Below are positions 18,006 to 24,679 of a DNA stretch of 64,000 bases, in pieces. The stretch is from contig CAZSMU010000001.1 in assembly GCA_964607915.1 (NCBI GenBank), positions 8,904 to 72,903 on the forward strand, in the 5' to 3' direction. Every line of letters starts with the position of its first letter. The stretch's first letter is position 1. Below the pieces are notes generated by a model, which ran no database searches, had not been told where the DNA came from, and saw only the letters and a program-made list of their open reading frames with translations. The translations under genes were made by a program, and so were the position numbers. The stretch is from an uncultured Haliscomenobacter sp. (GTDB lineage: Bacteria > Bacteroidota > Bacteroidia > Chitinophagales > Saprospiraceae).

Positions 18006-18069
18006 ACTTGTTGCGAGGGGGCAGAAAATGATCCTTTGGAGCTCTGGATGATTCCATCTCGCAACGAGT
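18006..18069. repeat. Short-form CTTGTTGCGAGGGG-type palindromic repeat (64 bp)
   Basis: ACTTGTTGCGAGGGGG...CCATCTCGCAACGAGT. It ends 3 nt before the right 20-bp direct repeat and 10 nt from the SDR stop codon. Confidence 0.8.
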
Positions 18070-18072
18070 CCA

Positions 18073-18092
18073 ACGTTTTTTAGCGCAGGCTT
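18073..18092. repeat. Right copy of the perfect 20-bp direct repeat ACGTTTTTTAGCGCAGGCTT
   Basis: Identical to 17280-17299. It contains the TAA stop (18080-18082) and the last four codons (SSLR) of the SDR gene. Confidence 0.95.
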
Positions 18093-18778
18093 GACAAGCC
18101 ACCATCTACGCCGATAACCTGGCCTGTGATCCAACCGGATAAGTCTGAGAGCAGGAACTGTGTGAGGGCAGCCATATCGTCCGGCATACCGATTCGGTTG
18201 AGGGGGTGGCGTTTGGCGGAGGCTTCGATTTTTTCGGGGGTATTCAGGAGGCCCTGTGCCAATGGAGTCTGGGTGAGGGAGGGAGCTATCGCATTGACCC
18301 GGATTTGCTGTGCAGCCAATTCGGCGGCCAGGGAGCGGGTTAGGCCCTCGACGCCGCCTTTAGCTGCCGCGATGGAACTGTGAAAAGCCATCCCTGTTTT
18401 CACAGCTACTGTACTGAAGAGTACTACGCTTGCACCATTGGCACGCTTGAGGCGCGGGAGTACTACCTGGACCAAGCGCACCGCCCCGAGGACGTTTTGC
18501 TTGAAGTCGGCGAGGAAATCGTCTTCACTGAGGCGGTTCACTGTTTTCAGAGTGATGCTGCCCGGGCAATATACCAGCCCATGAAGGGTGTCGGGCAGTG
18601 CTTGCAGGCCGTCGAGAGGGTCGTTGACCACATCCATGCTGAAATGGGTGGTATTCAGAGCCTGTAACTCGGCGCTGAGGGTGCGCGACAGGGTGTACAG
18701 GGTATGATCGGGCGCACACAGTTGCGCGAGGCGCAAACCGATGCCCTTACTGGCTCCGGCGATGAGTATATTTTTCAT
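18080..18778 (-). CDS. Short-chain dehydrogenase/reductase (SDR) family protein, atypical active site
   Basis: N-terminal Rossmann motif ILIAGASKGIG and typical SDR length of 232 aa. RVNAIAPSL and C-terminal ITGQVIGVDGG. The usual YxxxK is replaced by FHSSIAAAK. Confidence 0.8.
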   Translation of the reverse strand: MKNILIAGASKGIGLRLAQLCAPDHTLYTLSRTLSAELQALNTTHFSMDVVNDPLDGLQALPDTLHGLVYCPGSITLKTVNRLSEDDFLADFKQNVLGAVRLVQVVLPRLKRANGASVVLFSTVAVKTGMAFHSSIAAAKGGVEGLTRSLAAELAAQQIRVNAIAPSLTQTPLAQGLLNTPEKIEASAKRHPLNRIGMPDDMAALTQFLLSDLSGWITGQVIGVDGGLSSLR

Positions 18779-18810
18779 GGAGATAGAACACAGGAAGAGG
18801 TTCTTGGTTC

Positions 18811-18838
18811 AAAAGACTTTCGCATCCTCTCGCAACGG
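18811..18838. repeat. Minimal or collapsed copy of the repeat family
   Basis: AAAAGACTTTCGCATCCTCTCGCAACGG. It shares the TCAAAAGACTT flank with the copies at 20546 and 31335, and ends 2 nt from the stop codon at 18841-18843. Confidence 0.45.
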
Positions 18839-18840
18839 TT

Positions 18841-19725
18841 TTACCACCAGGCATAGGGTGCGTCGGCTACCAAATCCGTGATGTTGCCCTGTAGCGCAAT
18901 CTGGGTGCGGCCGCGCGCATTGCGCAGTTCCATGGTCCATCGCATAGGGCGCAAAACGCCTTGGAAAAACTGGTATGCTTCATATTGTATCGAGCATATC
19001 AATTGAGGTGAGTGCAGGGTGAGCGTACCTATGTTGCCCGAAGTCGGATCCATGCGAAGTTGTAAAGCAAATGGAATATCCATGCCCGGAAAGGTGGCCT
19101 GTAATCCCCCGTCTGCAAATTGTTCCCAGCAAATAGCCGGATCGGCCCAAGCCTGCGGCCGCCATACCAGGGATGCATAATACATAAAAAGGGCAGAGAC
19201 TCGCGTGCCACCGCTTTGCAACGGGCTATCCGTTAGCTTGAAGCCCAGGAGGTCGTCCTCCCATTCCGCCTCTCCAGGCGCTGTGCTGAGGCAGATAGTG
19301 CGAGAGAGAAACATACCTACGGTCAGGTCAGCGTACCAGACGATTCCCCCAGTATGACCGCTTGTTATAAAGCATTTACCTTCCCAGGGCTTCCAGGCGG
19401 AACCTTTTTTACGGAGGCGGACAGCCCCTTTCTGCCGCATGCGCAGCGTACGGGCCAGCGCTGGTTCTTCCATTGCTCCACTGCGGAGGATGTAATCCCG
19501 CAGCAAATCTGGAAGTTGCTCGATATCCTCGCGAGCCAGGCCGGGGGAGGCAGGGGTCTGGTCGTGTTCGGCAAACAAAAGGGCAGCCCGCTTCTGTGCC
19601 TTGCGCCTCGCCCTCGCAGATGCGACGAAATCCCAGGCACCCAGTATTGCTGCACCAGTCAGCGTCACACCGGTCAGTATCGGTAGCACCGACGCCCCAA
19701 CCATTATTATGAGTATCGCGTACAT
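18841..19725 (-). CDS. Hypothetical membrane-anchored protein
   Basis: Start taken at ATG 19725 (MYAILIIMVGASVLPILTGVTLTGAAILGAW, a TM helix). The rest has no motif I can name. Ends ...APYAWW. Confidence 0.6.
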   Translation of the reverse strand: MYAILIIMVGASVLPILTGVTLTGAAILGAWDFVASARARRKAQKRAALLFAEHDQTPASPGLAREDIEQLPDLLRDYILRSGAMEEPALARTLRMRQKGAVRLRKKGSAWKPWEGKCFITSGHTGGIVWYADLTVGMFLSRTICLSTAPGEAEWEDDLLGFKLTDSPLQSGGTRVSALFMYYASLVWRPQAWADPAICWEQFADGGLQATFPGMDIPFALQLRMDPTSGNIGTLTLHSPQLICSIQYEAYQFFQGVLRPMRWTMELRNARGRTQIALQGNITDLVADAPYAWW

Positions 19726-19832
19726 GTTCGCTCCTTTTTTCTGAAAAGCCGCCCAACGGCCCGCGGCCGGAATATCTTGCTTTTTTGAAATAAGCCCCAA
19801 AATACGGTTAAACTTGACGGGAAGGAATTGGA

Positions 19833-19885
19833 TTTGCTGCGAAGGGGATCATCGAGAGGTCAAAGGTCCAGGGCTTTTTAACCCC
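19833..19885. repeat. Half copy of the repeat family
   Basis: TTTGCTGCGAAGGGGATCATCGAGAGGTCAAAGGTCCAGGGCTTTTTAACCCC closely parallels one end of the 158-bp form (ACTTGTTGCGAGGGGGATCATCAAGGGTCAAAAAGGCCCCTTT). Confidence 0.6.
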
Positions 19886-19936
19886 AGCATGAAAAAGGGC
19901 CGATACAGCAGTACTGTGTCGGCCCTTTTTCATGCT
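19886..19936 (-). terminator. Bidirectional intrinsic terminator hairpin downstream of the OmpH-like gene
   Basis: AGCATGAAAAAGGGCCGATAC / GTGTCGGCCCTTTTTCATGCT. The GC core GGGCCGA/TCGGCCC is flanked by A5 and T5. It lies 15 nt past the stop codon at 19951. Confidence 0.7.
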
Positions 19937-19950
19937 GGGCGCAGGGGCGT

Positions 19951-20460
19951 TTACAGGACGCCCAGTTTTTTCTTTACCAGAGGCATGAGGTCATCGGCGT
20001 CCCGGGCGTGCAGGATAGCGTTGAACGAACCCGTGTCGAACACCAGGGTGAAGCCATTTTCCTTAGCCACTTCCTGGATGGTCTTTTCCAGCATCTCTAC
20101 GATGGGTTTCAGCAGCTCTTCCCGCTTGGCTTCGACCTGGCGGGCTACATCTTCCTCATAGGCTTTGATGGCATCCTGCTCTTTCTGCAGGGCAGCCTGG
20201 CGCTCCTGCTGTATCTTGGGCGACATCGTGCCCGTCTGCGATTCAGCGATGTATTTGGCTACGTTGCCTTTGAACTCTACGGCCATTAGCTCGCCTTTGG
20301 CAACCAATCCTTTTTGAAAGACCTCCAACTGCTCGTCGGCAGTCTTGGTTTGGGGCATCAGGGACAGCATGTTCCCGAAGTTCAGATGGCCGTATTTTTG
20401 GGCGTGGGCGGCGCTCAATCCGCCGGCCAACAAGAGGGCAATCAAGAGTATTCTCTTCAT
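19951..20460 (-). CDS. OmpH/Skp family periplasmic chaperone
   Basis: 169 aa. Signal peptide MKRILLIALLLAGGLSAAHA followed by a long Q/E/K-rich coiled-coil, typical of OmpH. Confidence 0.85.
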   Translation of the reverse strand: MKRILLIALLLAGGLSAAHAQKYGHLNFGNMLSLMPQTKTADEQLEVFQKGLVAKGELMAVEFKGNVAKYIAESQTGTMSPKIQQERQAALQKEQDAIKAYEEDVARQVEAKREELLKPIVEMLEKTIQEVAKENGFTLVFDTGSFNAILHARDADDLMPLVKKKLGVL

Positions 20461-20545
20461 AACGCGTCATTAATGTTTGCGCAAAGTTAGCGTTATCGGG
20501 CAAACTCCGCAGTATTTTTTTGCACCGACCCCATTTTTTCAAAAG

Positions 20546-20667
20546 ACTTGTTTCGAGAGGTGAGCAGATTGGGGTAAAAGTCCTTTTTGACCTCCACAAT
20601 AATTTTAAAAACAATTTGTGTTTTTTATTTTGTTTTAAAACAAAAAAGGCATTTTTTTGCAACAAGT
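20546..20667. repeat. Diverged 122-bp copy of the repeat family with an embedded AT palindrome
   Basis: ACTTGTTTCGAGAGG...GGGGTAAAAGTCCTTTTTGACC...TTTGCAACAAGT. The interior contains the 18-bp perfect palindrome TTTTGTTTTAAAACAAAA (20628-20645). Confidence 0.55.
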
Positions 20668-20695
20668 TCACGGTTTTAAAACAAAATGATTTACC

Positions 20696-21496
20696 ATGCC
20701 TGTTTCGTCGCACAAATCGCCCACTCCGGTGCAGTATATACTACACCATGTTTTTCCTGTGCTTCGCGAGCGCTTCCGGCGCTATTGGTTCCAGTGCGCT
20801 TTTGCAGGAATCCTCTCCTTCGCGTTTTTTCAAAAGCAGTTCAGCGTGCAAGTTGCCTGGGACGAGGCATCGCCTGTCGCGACCAGAGAGGAACCTACCT
20901 CTGTACTCCGTTCAACTGGACAGGAGAGCCCTCCCATGAACGTATCCCTGTTGCAGCCGCGTCGGGTAGAGAAAACCAGAAGCCCGGCGCCCGTTGAAGA
21001 AGACAAAGAAGCAGAAGTACCGGAGATCGTTGCACCTGCTTCAGAAGCAGAAAAGACAAAGCTGCAGGAAGCGTATATCAAGCGCTATGCAGCCGTCGCC
21101 CAGGAGGAGATGAGCCGCTACGGGATTCCGGCGAGTATCACGCTTGCCCAGGGGCTGCTGGAGTCCAATGCCGGGCTGAGCCCGCTGGCTAGCTCGGCAA
21201 ACAACCACTTTGGCATCAAATGCTTTTCCCGACACTGCTTCAAAGGCCATTGCCGCAATTACTCCGATGATTCGCATAAAGATTTTTTCCGGGTCTATGC
21301 GAATGCCTGGGAAAGCTTCCGAGCCCATAGTCTCTTTCTACAGAAACCGCGCTATCAGGCTTTGTTTCGCCTACGGAAGCGCGACTACCGGGGTTGGGCG
21401 CACGGGCTCACCAAAGCAGGCTACGCAACAGACCCCGGCTATGGCGACAAGCTGATTCGCATGATTGAGCGCTTCGAGTTGCATCGCTACGATTAG
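20696..21496 (+). CDS. Glucosaminidase-domain protein (mannosyl-glycoprotein endo-beta-N-acetylglucosaminidase-like), membrane anchored
   Basis: TM segment YWFQCAFAGILSFAFF. C-terminal domain ITLAQGLLESNAGLSPLASSANNHFGIKC...AGYATDPGYGDKLIRMIE. Confidence 0.8.
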   Translation: MPVSSHKSPTPVQYILHHVFPVLRERFRRYWFQCAFAGILSFAFFQKQFSVQVAWDEASPVATREEPTSVLRSTGQESPPMNVSLLQPRRVEKTRSPAPVEEDKEAEVPEIVAPASEAEKTKLQEAYIKRYAAVAQEEMSRYGIPASITLAQGLLESNAGLSPLASSANNHFGIKCFSRHCFKGHCRNYSDDSHKDFFRVYANAWESFRAHSLFLQKPRYQALFRLRKRDYRGWAHGLTKAGYATDPGYGDKLIRMIERFELHRYD

Positions 21497-21566
21497 TGCC
21501 GGCGACAAGGGCGGAATCGCCGGGGTCGAGTAGACGTCTCGGGATTACCCTACTGACCCAACGTAC

Positions 21567-22397
21567 CTAAAAGCGCTTCTCGATGGCTTGCAACACTTCC
21601 CAACTGCTGCCGCTGCGGTGCGCCACGGCGATGATGCGGCAGTTGGATGCGTTCCAGTTGCCCGGGAGGAGGAAGGTGTAGCTGCGCCGGACAGGCGAAC
21701 GTACCCCCAGGTCTTCCCCGACAGGCGAACCGTCGTAAGGCGTGAGGGCCCGGCGCAGCACATGCTGATGGAGATACTCCGGGTTTTTTCCATCGGGGCC
21801 GAGTTGTACATCGGCGATATTGCTCTCGGTGATGAATACAGAAAGGCGTAGTCCTTCGGTATTGAGCCCCTGTATGAGCCGGACGATGTCAATATCGGCG
21901 CGGAGTTCGCGGCGGGAGCTGTCGTAGCTGACCGCCATCCGCAGATCCAGTTGTGGGGTTTTCCCGAGTTCCTCGGCGATGAAGCCGGCCCATTGGGCGC
22001 GGCTGAGCTGAAGGTCAGCCTCTCCTTCAAACTTGCGGCGGTTGATGACTGCCGAAGGATAGCCCAGGGGCTGCCCTAACAAATTCAGGAGGTTGTTGCC
22101 CTCGGGGGTGCGGAAATCATAGCGGTTTTCCGCATAGGGGTTTGAAAAAAAACCGGCGTGTATCGAGGTCACAACGAGGCGCCCGGGGTAGCGCGCTTCC
22201 AATTGTGCGATTTCCGAACTACCCGCCGGGCAGTTGACGCAACGCACCCCTGAAAACTCTTCGACAAATACCCGCTGCACAATTGGTGCCGAAGGTGTAC
22301 CGCTATCCTCGAGCGGGGTGATGGTGGGGCCTATTTCAGTACAGGCGACCCCGAGGGCCAGGAGGAGGAATGCAGGAAATGGCTTCATAGCGTGCAT
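21567..22397 (-). CDS. Omp28-related outer-membrane lipoprotein with thioredoxin-like CxxC
   Basis: Start at ATG 22397 or 22388. Lipobox ALGVAC. VFVEEFSGVRCVNCPAG motif as in Omp28-related proteins (family assignment from memory). It begins 12 nt after the upstream barrel gene. Confidence 0.65.
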   Translation of the reverse strand: MHAMKPFPAFLLLALGVACTEIGPTITPLEDSGTPSAPIVQRVFVEEFSGVRCVNCPAGSSEIAQLEARYPGRLVVTSIHAGFFSNPYAENRYDFRTPEGNNLLNLLGQPLGYPSAVINRRKFEGEADLQLSRAQWAGFIAEELGKTPQLDLRMAVSYDSSRRELRADIDIVRLIQGLNTEGLRLSVFITESNIADVQLGPDGKNPEYLHQHVLRRALTPYDGSPVGEDLGVRSPVRRSYTFLLPGNWNASNCRIIAVAHRSGSSWEVLQAIEKRF

Positions 22398-22408
22398 AGA
22401 TCTATCTT

Positions 22409-24133
22409 TCAAAAATTGCTGTTGACCGCGAACTTGACCCCGCTGAAAGCAGGCTCGAGCCGGCAAATACCCCCGGTACAAACCACTCCTTCCACCTGCT
22501 TGACATAACTCAGCATGAAGGTGTTGGTTTTTATGCGGTAGAATATATCGGCGCGCGGGAAGTGCAGCGCGAGCTTCCGCCCCCGGGCGTCGGTAGGGCT
22601 GTTGCGCCCGGGACCAATATTGTACATATCCGACAGACTAAAGGTCCAGGAGGGCGCGATGCTGAACTCGGCGAGGGCAAATAACCAGTCGCCGTAATCC
22701 TGCCGGGCCGTACCGCTGGCATCGCGGCCCATTTTCATAAACTGGGCTTCTGCCCGCCAGGAGTGGCGTTCATCTATCTTGTATTGAAACTCCGCGAAAG
22801 GCGTCACAGTGCGCACCCTGCCGGCACCGGGCTTGAATTCAAAAATTTCCTGGTTGTAGTCCTGGTGTTGCACACCGGCGATGGCGTTGGCCCTCCGGCC
22901 TATCTTCCGCTGGAGCTCGAAAAAGGCTTCCCGGTAGAGAAGCTCCTGGTCGAGTCGGGCGATATGCGAAGCGTTCAGGTTGATTCGCCAGGATTTGCCA
23001 ATGCCGGCCCGGACATCGGCCTGGAAGGCAAGCTCGCCCTGCTCTTGAGTGGCGGCATTGTACCGACTGGTCAGGCGATAGGTGTTGACCCTTGACATAG
23101 GCGGCAAGAAGTGAATCATCCCGCGGTTGAGCTGCTCCTGGGGCCGGGTGCGAAAACTGAAGCGCTCGGTGCGCTTGGCTTCCAGGGTCAGGCCGAGGTT
23201 TTTTACCGAGTAGCTCAACGTCGTGTACAATACAGAACCGGGCTTATTTACAAAGCGATCGCCTGTAACCGTGTCCCCGTTCAGCACACTGCGCGCAAAG
23301 GGATCATTGATGGCCTCCCGGGTTTTGTAAGCCGTTTCGACATACCAGGAAAAGTCGCCAGCGCTGAAGGTATTGAAAAAGGTGAACGCGTAGGCGTTGT
23401 ATTTGGGTACGAAGGCATCTTTTGAGCTGTAGGTGTTGAGCGTGGCTACCAGACTGTTCATAGACAAATCGTCGAGGGTACGGGCGACTATGCCAATGCC
23501 GGGCGCGCTGGTCCACCAAAAACGGTCCGAGCCGGAGCTCAGGAACCCGTCCAGAGCGATACCCCGGATAGCAGAGCGGTAGGTATCGAACTGTTGCTTC
23601 TGCCGTCCGGCAAAGGCGCGAATCTGCCATTCCGGCGTCAGGGCATAGCTCAGTTTCAGTCCGACAAGGGCATTGTCTATGAGTTGGGGACGCTCTTCGT
23701 AGGCGCGGAATACAATACCGCTGCCCACCTGGTCGTAGATATACCCGGCCTGTATGGCCAACCGATCTACGGTTTTCCGGACAAACCAGTTGCCTATGCC
23801 CTGACCGGAGTAGGAGTCGGTCGGGTTGAGGAGGTTGGACTGGTTGAACACATCAAAGCGAAAGCCAAAATCAAACCCCCAATTGCTGTAGTTGAGGTTT
23901 AGCCAGGACTCGGTACCGAACAACTGGCGGTCGTACTGCGGGGTGTTGGCAGCCCCAATCAGGGTGTCGCGCATAAAAAAGTTGGCGTTGGCTTGTAAGT
24001 TGCCGGAGAGCTGACCCGACTGGCCCGGTACCGCAGGCGCCTGGGCCTGGGAAGGAATACCAAAGAATATCCCAAACAGCGTTAAATAGAGGCGAACTTT
24101 GCCCCTATATTTCGGGTTTTCAGGAAAATCCAT
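22409..24133 (-). CDS. Predicted outer-membrane beta-barrel protein of unknown function (possibly DUF6029-like)
   Basis: Signal peptide LYLTLFGIFFGIPSQAQA. Alternating aromatic/polar strand pattern throughout. C-terminal ...KFAVNSNF. The family name is not verifiable here. Confidence 0.6.
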   Translation of the reverse strand: MDFPENPKYRGKVRLYLTLFGIFFGIPSQAQAPAVPGQSGQLSGNLQANANFFMRDTLIGAANTPQYDRQLFGTESWLNLNYSNWGFDFGFRFDVFNQSNLLNPTDSYSGQGIGNWFVRKTVDRLAIQAGYIYDQVGSGIVFRAYEERPQLIDNALVGLKLSYALTPEWQIRAFAGRQKQQFDTYRSAIRGIALDGFLSSGSDRFWWTSAPGIGIVARTLDDLSMNSLVATLNTYSSKDAFVPKYNAYAFTFFNTFSAGDFSWYVETAYKTREAINDPFARSVLNGDTVTGDRFVNKPGSVLYTTLSYSVKNLGLTLEAKRTERFSFRTRPQEQLNRGMIHFLPPMSRVNTYRLTSRYNAATQEQGELAFQADVRAGIGKSWRINLNASHIARLDQELLYREAFFELQRKIGRRANAIAGVQHQDYNQEIFEFKPGAGRVRTVTPFAEFQYKIDERHSWRAEAQFMKMGRDASGTARQDYGDWLFALAEFSIAPSWTFSLSDMYNIGPGRNSPTDARGRKLALHFPRADIFYRIKTNTFMLSYVKQVEGVVCTGGICRLEPAFSGVKFAVNSNF

Positions 24134-24176
24134 ACGTTGTGCTTCTTTTAAACGAAACTAAGGAATCTAAAGGACT

Positions 24177-24671
24177 ATGAAATCATTTCCATTCATTTTC
24201 TCCCTGTTTTTACTGTCTGGCGTCGCACTGCACGCCCAAAAGACCCTGCCGGACCTCACCTTGAAGACTCTGGAAGGAAAACCGGTGCGCATCCTGGAGT
24301 ATGCGTCCCGGCACCAGGTGACGGTGTTGAGTTTCTGGGCAACCTGGTGCGCTCCCTGCAAACGCGAACTGGATGCCATGACGGAATTACACCCCTCCTG
24401 GACGGCCAAATACGATGTGCAGGTCCTCGCCATTACCGTGGACGATCAGCGGCAACTCCCGAAAGCCAAACCCATGGCCAACGCACAAGGATGGCCGTTC
24501 GCCCTGCTGAGCGATGCGGCAGGCCAGTTGAAGAACGCGCTGAATTTTCAGGCTATCCCGCATACCGTACTGGTCAATCAAAAAGGGGAAATTCTGTATG
24601 AGCACACGGGGTACGTACCCGGTGACGAGTTGGAGCTGGAGAAGAAGATTGCGCGGTTCGGCGCTAAGTAA
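24177..24671 (+). CDS. TlpA-like thiol:disulfide oxidoreductase (thioredoxin fold)
   Basis: Signal peptide and VLSFWATWCAPCKRELDAM (WCxxC). 164 aa. Confidence 0.9.
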   Translation: MKSFPFIFSLFLLSGVALHAQKTLPDLTLKTLEGKPVRILEYASRHQVTVLSFWATWCAPCKRELDAMTELHPSWTAKYDVQVLAITVDDQRQLPKAKPMANAQGWPFALLSDAAGQLKNALNFQAIPHTVLVNQKGEILYEHTGYVPGDELELEKKIARFGAK

Positions 24672-24679
24672 GCCGTTGT

